The position numbers were made by a program, and so were the translations under genes. Below the pieces are notes generated by a model. The model did no database searches and was not told where the DNA came from. It worked only from the letters and a program-made list of their open reading frames with translations. DNA of 43,740 nt, from assembly GCA_002502215.1 (NCBI GenBank), contig DAPT01000073.1, positions 68,941 to 112,680 on the forward strand, read 5' to 3'. Positions 18,213-27,198 of this stretch are shown here, one piece after another (position 1 is the first letter of the stretch; every line of letters begins with the position of its first letter). The DNA is from Euryarchaeota archaeon UBA124 (GTDB lineage: Archaea > Thermoplasmatota > Poseidoniia > Poseidoniales > Poseidoniaceae).

Positions 18213-19454
18213 CTGGAAGCACCAAATCAACAGCGAAGGCTAGTTGTTGAAGGCGGCGAAAGCATTGTTGATTTTGACAACAAGGCGTTCAAACCCATTC
18301 CACAAACTGGCATTGATTTGGCAGTGAAGGCAATGAATGCAGGCGTAATGTATCGTTACCAACCGAAATCGAAAGAAGACTCGCTTACTGCATCCTTTGA
18401 ACACGACTTTGCCCAGTACATGGGCGTTAAGCACGCAGTTGGCACAAACTCATGCGGCTCTGCAATGTTCATTGCTCTGAACATTGTTGGTGTCCAACCA
18501 GGTGATACGGTGTTGACCAACGCTTTCACATTCCATGCGGTTCCAAGCGTAATCGAGCATGCACGTGCAGTCCCAGTTCTCATTGAAAGCAATCGAGAGT
18601 GGGCTATGGATCCGAATGACTTGGACAAGAAAGCAACCGAAACAGGAGCCAAGGTCTTGCTGATGTCCTACATGCGAGGACACGTTCCAGACATGGATGC
18701 AATAATGAAAGTTGTAGAAAAACATGGGCTCATTTTGATTGAGGACTGTGCACACGCCTACGCCACACTTTGGAACAACAAACTCCTTGGCACATTTGGC
18801 GAAATTGGCTGTTTTTCGACACAGTCTTCGAAAGCTCTCTCGGCAGGAGAAGGCGGTATTTTCATTACAGACAACGATGAACACGCTGCAAGAGCCGTAC
18901 TGTATGCAGGATCTTATGAACGCCTGTGGATGAAGCACTACGACCTTGATGCAGGATTAATGGATCGCCTGCAAAACCAAGTCCCCGGCTACTCGATGCG
19001 AATGCAAGAAGTTACGGCAGCGATGCTTACACCACAAATCGAACGTCTTTCAACCATCAAGAAGATTCATGTTGACAACTGGGAACTTCTTCATTCTCTG
19101 ATTCACGATCATCCCAACATCGAGATTCCGATGCCTCTGCCAGAAGTCGACCCATTTTGTGACACCATGCAATTCCATTTGGTTGGACTGTCAAGAGATG
19201 AGGCGGACCGATTCATTGACCTGATGAAGCAAGAAGGCATACCCATGCAAATCTTTGGGGCTCGACGCAATGCTCGTGATTTTCGGCAATGGGAATACAT
19301 CAAAGCGCATCAGGATGAACTCAATGAGACAATCGCAAACATAGAATTCGCCTGCGACTTATCGATGCAACCTCATTTAACTCAAGAGAACATTCGAATT
19401 ATGGCTCAAGTCATTCAAGATGTTTTGACCTACATTGGCGAGCAGGCGCATTGA
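18213..19454 (+). CDS. DegT/DnrJ/EryC1/StrS family PLP sugar aminotransferase
   Basis: FEHDFAQYMG, LIEDCAHA, CFSTQSSKALSAGEGG (PLP Lys). Frame open upstream of the track start (18318) to CTG 18213, adding LVVEGGESIV. Confidence 0.88.
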   Translation: MEAPNQQRRLVVEGGESIVDFDNKAFKPIPQTGIDLAVKAMNAGVMYRYQPKSKEDSLTASFEHDFAQYMGVKHAVGTNSCGSAMFIALNIVGVQPGDTVLTNAFTFHAVPSVIEHARAVPVLIESNREWAMDPNDLDKKATETGAKVLLMSYMRGHVPDMDAIMKVVEKHGLILIEDCAHAYATLWNNKLLGTFGEIGCFSTQSSKALSAGEGGIFITDNDEHAARAVLYAGSYERLWMKHYDLDAGLMDRLQNQVPGYSMRMQEVTAAMLTPQIERLSTIKKIHVDNWELLHSLIHDHPNIEIPMPLPEVDPFCDTMQFHLVGLSRDEADRFIDLMKQEGIPMQIFGARRNARDFRQWEYIKAHQDELNETIANIEFACDLSMQPHLTQENIRIMAQVIQDVLTYIGEQAH

Positions 19455-19485
19455 AACCAATCTACAATGATTCTTCATCGGTTTG

Positions 19486-19492
19486 TTTTAAA
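19486..19492 (+). promoter_or_regulatory. Putative TATA box
   Basis: TTTTAAA about 30 nt upstream of ATG 19520. Confidence 0.5.
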
Positions 19493-19519
19493 CCAATAAC
19501 TCTTAGCAAGGCTGTTCTT

Positions 19520-20116
19520 ATGGCGAAAGATGGTTCTCCTTCCTTGTTCCGAAAGTGGGTGATGCGGCAGTATTGGCGAATGCAACAATCCCAAGCAGTC
19601 GTGGGTTTGCTTCTGTGGGGTACAACCATTACGCTGCTTGTCTGGCCGTATGTTCGCTGGCGATTTGAGTCTTCATGTGCGGATTCTTTTTGCTTCAACG
19701 ACACGATTTTTGGCATACCGGCAACGTATCTTGGTTTGCTTTCTATTTTCTTCACCGTTATGATGAGCGTTCTTCTGATTGGCTACCTTTACGATCAAGT
19801 GTTTACGCTTTGGACTGAATGGCGCAGTGTCGACATGGAACGTAATCCGTACGTAACATATGCATTAACCCCGAACTGGATGATGATGACTGCACTGCAG
19901 GCTGAAATGCTTCGTCGCCAGTCCGAAGGGGATGAAGCTATGCAAGCACAGGCGGAATGGTTCCTGAACTGGTGCAAAACGTATGCAGACGGTGAAATGT
20001 TTGCGCGTGCCGTTCAACGTTGGGACAAGGACCTTGGTCACACGCCCACATTTTGGTTCACCGATGATGACGCTATGCAACGGGCACGAGAAATCAAATT
20101 CGATGATGATGATTGA
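19520..20116 (+). CDS. 2-TM membrane protein of unknown function
   Basis: Two hydrophobic segments around a C-x4-C loop; Trp-rich; start at MAKDG chosen from the TATA position. Confidence 0.8.
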   Translation: MAKDGSPSLFRKWVMRQYWRMQQSQAVVGLLLWGTTITLLVWPYVRWRFESSCADSFCFNDTIFGIPATYLGLLSIFFTVMMSVLLIGYLYDQVFTLWTEWRSVDMERNPYVTYALTPNWMMMTALQAEMLRRQSEGDEAMQAQAEWFLNWCKTYADGEMFARAVQRWDKDLGHTPTFWFTDDDAMQRAREIKFDDDD

Positions 20117-20192
20117 CACAGCAAGGGATGGACATTCAACGGGCAACGATGTTCGTCAAATGATTGATGAACAGGCATACCATCGTTCCAAC

Positions 20193-21161
20193 ATGGGCAA
20201 GACATCCACACAAAGGATTGTCTTGTCCTGTGTGCTTGTATTGTTGCTTCTTCCTACCACAGCAATAGGCGAGGAAGAACCTGCATGGAAGAGCAACGGT
20301 ATCGATCCTTCAACGTGGACTGATGGACCGGTGGTTGAGGATACGCCAATGCAACATTCGTATTTTGGCGACCCCATATTCGCCATTGATGTTACCTACA
20401 CTCCCGATCATTTTGAGAGCGAAATCTCAGGAACAATCGTCATTGAACTGTTTCCACAATGGGCTCCAATTACAGTTGAAAATATGATTGAGCACATCGA
20501 AGAAGGACTGTACAATGGTATCTTTTTCCACCGGGTCATCAATGATTTTGTTACCCAGTCTGGTGACCCAGAATGCAAGACAAACGGTGTCTACATTCCA
20601 GGATTGCCTGCTCAATGTGGGAGCGGTGGAACAGGAGAAACCATTCCTCTTGAGCACAACGATAACCTAAGTCACGTCGATGGCGCAATAGGGATGGCAC
20701 GTGGTACCGAAGAAGCCTCAGCTGATTCTCAGTGGTACATCGCCGAAACAGAGGCGCATGGTCTCGACCCTGAAAACAGGGATGATGGGGGATATGCAAC
20801 CTTTGGAATTGTTCGTGATGGAATGAGCCATGTCCGAGCGATTGCTGAGGTTCCAACATCGGATGATCCGACCGGAACGGACATCAACAATCCGTTTTCG
20901 ACAGCAGGCCGCCCAATTTACGAGGTGAGAATAAACAGCGTGCAGATGATCGGTGTAGCAGATCCGGATGGCCAACTCTCGGGCCAGGCATCTCTTGACG
21001 AAGTCGAATCAGGCATGGGCACGACGATTTTGTTTGTTACTCTGTTTGTCGTCCTCGTCCTTGGAGTGGGGTATGTTGTTATGCAAAACAATGCCAAACA
21101 AGAAACTCCAATTTACGAGGCAGAACTGATCGAAGAAAATGAAACATCCAACACGACGTGA
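20193..21161 (+). CDS. Exported, C-terminally anchored cyclophilin-type peptidyl-prolyl isomerase
   Basis: Signal peptide; ELFPQWAPITVEN, YNGIFFHRVI, QSGDP, IGMARG, YATFG; C-terminal TM. Confidence 0.9.
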   Translation: MGKTSTQRIVLSCVLVLLLLPTTAIGEEEPAWKSNGIDPSTWTDGPVVEDTPMQHSYFGDPIFAIDVTYTPDHFESEISGTIVIELFPQWAPITVENMIEHIEEGLYNGIFFHRVINDFVTQSGDPECKTNGVYIPGLPAQCGSGGTGETIPLEHNDNLSHVDGAIGMARGTEEASADSQWYIAETEAHGLDPENRDDGGYATFGIVRDGMSHVRAIAEVPTSDDPTGTDINNPFSTAGRPIYEVRINSVQMIGVADPDGQLSGQASLDEVESGMGTTILFVTLFVVLVLGVGYVVMQNNAKQETPIYEAELIEENETSNTT

Positions 21162-22219
21162 CGAATTCTCGGAGCGTACCATTTTACCTTCTCAACATTG
21201 TAATGTTCGACAAACCAGTTTCGCCCGACTTCCGTTGCATACTGCAAACATTGTTGCAACGTTTCTTGACACCAATCTTCGATTCGCTCTTCTTCGACGT
21301 TCATGTGTATATGAAGGGTGCCACCGGATTCCTTCAACGCTCGAATAGCTGGATACCATGTCGCTTCTGAACTTGGCAAATACCCAAGCAGTACACGATC
21401 AGCAGTACCTTCCAATTTCTGCAGGGTAATTTGGTTGTCGCCAGCATGAACCGTAAGCTTGGAATGAATATTGTTCTCTCGTGCTGACCATTCCAAAGCG
21501 TGAATGCTGCTTGGATTCATTTCACATGCGTGGACATGTGCGACATTTGCGTGAACAAGGAGTTGCATTGTGTAGTATCCTATTCCTGCATAGGCGTCAA
21601 TAACAACCTCACCTTCTGCTTCCACATTGGCCATACGATGACGCTCTGTCACATTGCCAGAGGAATACATCACTTTGCTCGCATCAAATCCGTAGATCAG
21701 ACCGTTGTCTTTGACCTCGACCCACCCATCTGTACCGAGCAGGATTTCGACTTGGGATGCACGCATCAGGTCATCTGAGATTGGTTGTTGTCGGCCAATC
21801 CGTTTAGCATTCATGGCCTTTGCAATACGGTCAAAAAAATCGCTGTGTTCTTGGATGACTTGATTCCATTTATCCCCCAAGAATGCATCTTTTGGGAACA
21901 AGACAAGGTCATCAAGCCGTTCCCATTTTTTTGGAATGGTTTGAATCAGATCTTTGTTCGAACCGATCATTAGCATCAGTGTTTCCTTCAATTGGTTGTG
22001 CGGATCGATTGAGGGAGGTGCAAGCCTGACTTCTATCTCCTCAATCCTGTGCTGAAAGGCACCGTTTGCGAGAACAACTTTCTCTCGTATTGGTAATGCA
22101 AGCTCATCCCCAACACGCTCGGGGGTGAAGGTCTTGTCAAGAGCATTCAACTCAATCAACATTCGGCGTGCAACCTCAACGTTGACGAGCGGAACAACAA
22201 GACACGGCTGTTTTGGCAT
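21113..22219 (-). CDS. taw2: TYW2/Taw2-like SAM-dependent tRNA wyosine-modification enzyme (Trm5/Met-10+ superfamily)
   Basis: KVMYSSGNVTERHRM, VIDAYAGIGYYT, HACEMNP, ADRVLLGYLP, GGTLHIH, VKWYAP. Confidence 0.8.
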   Translation of the reverse strand: MPKQPCLVVPLVNVEVARRMLIELNALDKTFTPERVGDELALPIREKVVLANGAFQHRIEEIEVRLAPPSIDPHNQLKETLMLMIGSNKDLIQTIPKKWERLDDLVLFPKDAFLGDKWNQVIQEHSDFFDRIAKAMNAKRIGRQQPISDDLMRASQVEILLGTDGWVEVKDNGLIYGFDASKVMYSSGNVTERHRMANVEAEGEVVIDAYAGIGYYTMQLLVHANVAHVHACEMNPSSIHALEWSARENNIHSKLTVHAGDNQITLQKLEGTADRVLLGYLPSSEATWYPAIRALKESGGTLHIHMNVEEERIEDWCQETLQQCLQYATEVGRNWFVEHYNVEKVKWYAPRIRHVVLDVSFSSISSAS

Positions 22220-22281
22220 AACGACGCCTACAGTCTCCCTAAGGGGAAGTCCTTTGAAGGTCTTCGGTCTGATGGTACATC

Positions 22282-25200
22282 ATGGAAGAACTAGCGTTCT
22301 GGAAAAATCGCTTCCTTTCATTGTGTTTGACACTGATTTTCGCTGTTCCTCTCCTAGCACCACTCGCATCTGCAGATGGTATGACAACGTGTGACGGCGT
22401 TTCTGGATTCAGTGATTGCGATGATTACGATTCCAACGATGATGAGACGCCCTCCCGGCAAGATTGGATTCGCGGGACGTACGAATTCGATCTACAAGAT
22501 ACATCAACAATCCACATGTCGTTGAGCTGGGCGATTCGTGAATTTGACCGTAGTAAAATTGGTCTTGATGATTCAACAACTCAGACTGCACTCGCCTTTG
22601 ATGGATTGGATGAAGACGATGGTATTCCTGCGGACATGATTCGCACATACTTCGCCTATGATGATGGTTCAGGAACCGTCGGGGACAAAATGTTGGTTGA
22701 GGTTGAAGATACGATCAACGATTTACTCTCAAGTGGATTCGGAACCGTTACTGCAATAAACACACAATACGATGGAATCTACACGGAAGCTGGGGTGTCC
22801 GAGGTTTGCACTACCGATGCAACGCAAGATTCTGTTTATGACGGTACAGGCGTGACCGAAAACAACGTATTTGAGCCCCCAATTTGTTTTTCAACCATCG
22901 CTGAAATCGAATTGTCCACAAGCACATTCAACCTCCTCGATAACGCAGACCTTGATTTGGAGCGAGCGTACCAAGGCCTTCTCATCATGGGGTCCGAATT
23001 GACAACGCAGTTCAATGTCTTCGCTGAGCCAGGCCACCACTCAACGTTCACCATCAGCCCACCCGACTATGCGGCTGTTATTGGTGCTGATTCCAACAGT
23101 TCAACCGATTTCGATACCTGTCAGTTGACCGGTTGTGTTGGAGAGTGGGCGGTTAACAATCTCGACGATGAACCGACTCGAATGGATCAAACCGTGAGTT
23201 TGACCATGGGTTATCGAAACACCTCAACAACCTCCGTCGTTGAACTCGACCCAAATGACGAGGCCGTATCGCTTCATTTGAAAGTCGATTTATTTGACGA
23301 ACAAGCCGTACAAATCGACTTCGTTGCAGGCATCAAATATCTCGATACTGCGACGATGAATGATTGGGGCATCTCCTTGGTTGAAATTTCGAACTTAGCG
23401 ACGATTCCTCAGATTACATCCGATGGAATTCGTCTGGCCTACGAAAATGGAATCGCACCGCTTGATGACTTTACGGATCAATTCCCTGTTGCTTCCATTG
23501 GTGATGCTTTTTCCGACTCAATCCCAGGAGGGCCCGATATTCAGATGGGTCAATTGAGTTGGGTGAGCGACTCCGTCGCTGACGGACTCGATGGCCCTGC
23601 AGGTGGTTTGAACTACAGCCATTCTGTTGGGTGTTCCGAGACAGTCACACCACCGGCCACGCTTTCGTATTGCATTCAAGGACCAAGTGCGATGGGGTAT
23701 GATCACCCAATCTATCTGCGTTCAACAAGCAATACATTTGAGCTTGGATTGCTTAGTCTCATTCAGGACAACCTTCCTGATGATGATTTCACAGTTGATG
23801 GTGAGACTTTCTCCGTGAGCGATTATTTTGAAGTCATCACCAATGATGACCTCCGTCGTATGATGGATGCAGGTCTTTCCCTCGAAACAGTACTGGATAC
23901 TTCTTTCCTTGAGAGCATGATTCCATCCGACCTGCCGCCATCAAAAATTACGCTTGAACTCATCTTACCAAACTGGATTGAAACCATCAGCGGTGAAGAC
24001 CGCATCATATTGGAACATTCTGCTTCAGGTGAAAACAGAAACGAGATTTCGATTGCAGGTCCGTCACCGTATACATACAACCACCCAATTGTTGATGAAA
24101 GCGGTCAGACCATTTGTTTGCAAACCCAGAAGACGTGTGTTTCCACATCGCTTTCCATCGACTTCGAAACCTTCGATATCAATGAGTGGACGAAATCTGT
24201 TTCTGTTGAATTTGGTCTTGAAGCCAATGCCGTTGTTCACCGTATCGCTTTACCACAGGGATACTACGATATCAACGAAGACACGACCGTCCGTATGGAA
24301 GTAATCCCGAGTGACTTGGTTCGGTTGATTGGTGACATCATGAGTCGCATCGAAAGCCCGATGAAAATCGAGCGCTGTCTCCAACCCAATACTGATTTTG
24401 AGGATTGTCCTGAATCGCGTCGACTCGTTTTCGAACTTACCTCTGATGGACTGATGGAGTTCGGGACCGACGTGGGGGAAATCCTCACAAATGAAATTCA
24501 TATTGTCTCGAAAGAACTTGAAGAGATTGACGACGGTCCTGACTTTTCAGAGGTTGATATCGGTGATTTTTCAATCGAAACAAGCCTCGCTGGACTTGGA
24601 ACACCAGGGCCGATCGTCTCCGATGAAGTGGGTTTGAGTGTCAGTCTCAAGATTCCAAAAGTGCGGTTCACGCTGGCAGTTTCAAGTCCTTGGGGCGATT
24701 TGATTAGTGGCGATCCTGATTTGATTACGCTCTCCCTTTTGACCGAGGATGTTAGCAATGCATTCCGCACACCGCTTCTCCAACCGATGGTCATGATTGT
24801 GGATGAGATGTCATCGATGATGACAGCGAGCCTCGTTTCATCAGAAGGCATAACCTTCCCTCCGCTTGAGGAGGAGGCGCTCACTATCCAAACTGGTTCT
24901 TGGGACACAACCATTCACGAAGAGACAGAACTCGACCTAACAGGTCCAGTGAGCTTTACACTCCCCAAGGGGATTGTCGTCAAGGAAGCAACATCAGCGC
25001 AAGGCAACATGGTCATCACCGAAGATGAGGATGGTCGACAAGTCATCACCTACACGATTCCACCAGATGGTCTCGATGACGAAGTTACGCTTCGACTGCA
25101 GGTCACATGGATCTATTTGCTTGGTCAATTTTGGGCTTATCCTGCTGTCGTTGTTATTTTGCTCATCCTTTTGATTCGACGTCGCCGAAAGAAGAAGAAG

Positions 25201-25371
25201 AAAAAGCGAGCCACGCGAGAAGCGAAGAATTCCTTGTACAAGGCCCAGAAGATGGGGTTGTCTGAATCAGATTTTGCTCAAATGGCAGGACTGGTTGATC
25301 GTCAAGTTGGAGGCTACGATGAAGGCATCGACCCGTTTGAAGCGATGCAGGGCGAACCTCCTCAACGCTAG
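22282..25371 (+). CDS. Large acidic membrane-anchored surface protein with apparent three-fold internal repeat
   Basis: Signal peptide; 1029 aa; C-terminal TM followed by RRRRKKKKKKR; recurrent IPADMIR / ITSDGIR / IPSDLVR. Confidence 0.85.
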   Translation: MEELAFWKNRFLSLCLTLIFAVPLLAPLASADGMTTCDGVSGFSDCDDYDSNDDETPSRQDWIRGTYEFDLQDTSTIHMSLSWAIREFDRSKIGLDDSTTQTALAFDGLDEDDGIPADMIRTYFAYDDGSGTVGDKMLVEVEDTINDLLSSGFGTVTAINTQYDGIYTEAGVSEVCTTDATQDSVYDGTGVTENNVFEPPICFSTIAEIELSTSTFNLLDNADLDLERAYQGLLIMGSELTTQFNVFAEPGHHSTFTISPPDYAAVIGADSNSSTDFDTCQLTGCVGEWAVNNLDDEPTRMDQTVSLTMGYRNTSTTSVVELDPNDEAVSLHLKVDLFDEQAVQIDFVAGIKYLDTATMNDWGISLVEISNLATIPQITSDGIRLAYENGIAPLDDFTDQFPVASIGDAFSDSIPGGPDIQMGQLSWVSDSVADGLDGPAGGLNYSHSVGCSETVTPPATLSYCIQGPSAMGYDHPIYLRSTSNTFELGLLSLIQDNLPDDDFTVDGETFSVSDYFEVITNDDLRRMMDAGLSLETVLDTSFLESMIPSDLPPSKITLELILPNWIETISGEDRIILEHSASGENRNEISIAGPSPYTYNHPIVDESGQTICLQTQKTCVSTSLSIDFETFDINEWTKSVSVEFGLEANAVVHRIALPQGYYDINEDTTVRMEVIPSDLVRLIGDIMSRIESPMKIERCLQPNTDFEDCPESRRLVFELTSDGLMEFGTDVGEILTNEIHIVSKELEEIDDGPDFSEVDIGDFSIETSLAGLGTPGPIVSDEVGLSVSLKIPKVRFTLAVSSPWGDLISGDPDLITLSLLTEDVSNAFRTPLLQPMVMIVDEMSSMMTASLVSSEGITFPPLEEEALTIQTGSWDTTIHEETELDLTGPVSFTLPKGIVVKEATSAQGNMVITEDEDGRQVITYTIPPDGLDDEVTLRLQVTWIYLLGQFWAYPAVVVILLILLIRRRRKKKKKKRATREAKNSLYKAQKMGLSESDFAQMAGLVDRQVGGYDEGIDPFEAMQGEPPQR

Positions 25372-27095
25372 CGATGCAAGGTTTCGTGAATACGCTCCGC
25401 AAGTGAGGGGCCGATTCCGGGAACGGTTTTCAAATCCTCAATGCTTGCATTGTTGATTCCTTGACGACCACCAAAATGGCGTAGGAGCGATTGAAGTTTT
25501 TTAGCTCCCAAACCGAGAACATTCTCTAGCGGATCGCCTAAGCGGGTTTTCTTTCGACGCTTTCTGTGGAAGGTGTTGACAAAGCGATGGGCTTCGTCTC
25601 GGGCGTGAACAAAGACTCGTCCACGACGATCGAGAACGATGGGTTCCTCTCCTTCTCTGTGGAGTGTTTCTTCTCGTTTTGCGAGTGCTGCTAGGAGAAA
25701 TCGATCCTGAACCCCGTGTTCGTCCAACATCTTACGAATTGTGTTGAGGTGCGTTTCTCCACCATCAAGAAGAAGCACGTCAGGCCATTCTTCTTGCCGT
25801 TTTAACCAACGTTCAACAACCTCTCGCATCATTCGCAAATCATCCATTGCATCGCCTTTGACAATGTAAGTCCGATACTCCTTCTTTGCTGGTCTTCCAT
25901 TACGGAGGACCACGCTGGCACCAACGCGTTCATCGCCTTGTAATTGCGCCATGTCGAAGCAGACAACGTGGTTCATCTGTTCAACATTCAGCAACAATGC
26001 TGCTTCGTCCGCAGCGCGCTGCTCAAGCGATCCACTCGATTTGTTCGCAAGCCTTGTCACCTGAATCTGAGCATTTTGATCAGCGAGTGTACGCAATGTG
26101 ACCATATCTCCTCGCATCGGTGTACGAACTTCGACGCTTGAACCTCGACGGTCATCCAACCATTGTTGCAATCCATCGAGAAGAGGTGTAGGAGTCAGCA
26201 ACAATCGAGGAGGTCGTCGGTGGACGTAGTGTTCGCTGATGAATCGACTTACGGTTTCACCAATATCACCTCTGTGAACAAATGGCCAGACCTCCTGTCC
26301 TTTGACAACGCCATCATCTGCATGCAGTACAACCAATGCTGCCAAGTCACCTTGCTCTGCAAATCCAATCGCATCGCAATCACGGTACAATTTACTTGAA
26401 ACAACATGCTGACCAATGGTCGTGCGAATTGAGCGGATGAGATCACGATAGTATCCTGCACGTTCAAATTGCATTTCTTTCGAGCATGTGTCCATCTTCT
26501 CACCAAGTTCTTCCAACAATTCCGTAGCCTCGCCATCAAGTATTTTCCTGACCGCCCGTACTTGTTCGGAATAGCCTTCTCCGTTGATGCAGGGCCCAGT
26601 GCAGAGGCCGATGTGCATGGCCAAGCAACCTTGCGGAAGCAACTCCTTGCAATCACGAATTCCAAAATGTCTTCTCAGGAGTTGCATAACCTGTTTTGCG
26701 GCGCCAGCATTTGGAAAAGGCCCCCAACGGTGCGACTTCTTTGGCGGATGACGCGTGTACATGATGCGTGGGAATTCCTCGTTCGTTAGGACGAGATATG
26801 GATACGATTTGTCGTCTTTGAGCATCGAATTGAATCGGGGTTTATGTTCCCGAATCAACTGACGTTCGAGAATCAACGCTTCCTGGGGCGTTGTAGTTAC
26901 AATGCATTCCACATCATCAGCCCGAGCAACCAATTCCGGAATCATATGACGGTCTGGATTTGTTGCGAAATACGAGCGAATGCGTTCGTTAAGTCGCGTT
27001 GCTTTGCCAACATACAACACACGACCCTCGGCTGTCTTGAACAGATACACACCGGGTGATGCAGGCAAATCGATGGATGCTGCATCGACCGCCAT
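25368..27095 (-). CDS. uvrC: Excinuclease ABC subunit C
   Basis: GIY-YIG (PGVYLF...LYVGKA), PRFNSMLKDDKSYPY, GPFP, UVR domain, RNase H-like (CFDMA, LLDGG, RDEAHRF), tandem HhH (GLGAKK, PGIGPSLA). Confidence 0.95.
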   Translation of the reverse strand: MAVDAASIDLPASPGVYLFKTAEGRVLYVGKATRLNERIRSYFATNPDRHMIPELVARADDVECIVTTTPQEALILERQLIREHKPRFNSMLKDDKSYPYLVLTNEEFPRIMYTRHPPKKSHRWGPFPNAGAAKQVMQLLRRHFGIRDCKELLPQGCLAMHIGLCTGPCINGEGYSEQVRAVRKILDGEATELLEELGEKMDTCSKEMQFERAGYYRDLIRSIRTTIGQHVVSSKLYRDCDAIGFAEQGDLAALVVLHADDGVVKGQEVWPFVHRGDIGETVSRFISEHYVHRRPPRLLLTPTPLLDGLQQWLDDRRGSSVEVRTPMRGDMVTLRTLADQNAQIQVTRLANKSSGSLEQRAADEAALLLNVEQMNHVVCFDMAQLQGDERVGASVVLRNGRPAKKEYRTYIVKGDAMDDLRMMREVVERWLKRQEEWPDVLLLDGGETHLNTIRKMLDEHGVQDRFLLAALAKREETLHREGEEPIVLDRRGRVFVHARDEAHRFVNTFHRKRRKKTRLGDPLENVLGLGAKKLQSLLRHFGGRQGINNASIEDLKTVPGIGPSLAERIHETLHR

Positions 27096-27198
27096 GTTGA
27101 ATCCTTGCGTCCATAGGTCAAAAAAACCTGCATCACTTCCCAAATCACGAAAAGGACAACATCAAATGCAATGCAGTCAAGGTTTGACACGAGTTCCG

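Noticed and set aside
18213-19454. Aminotransferase as ColD (colitose pathway) given the adjacent fcl-like gene
   Set aside because: It retains the PLP-binding Lys (SSKAL), whereas ColD has His at that position.
19983-20192. 70-aa N-terminal extension of the cyclophilin ORF
   Set aside because: Overlaps the upstream gene; the signal peptide begins at ATG 20193.
26980-27198. N-terminal extensions of the STAND ORF (from 26980) and of uvrC (from 27143)
   Set aside because: They would overlap head-to-head; recognisable domains begin at 27199/27214 and 27095, each with a TATA-like element upstream.
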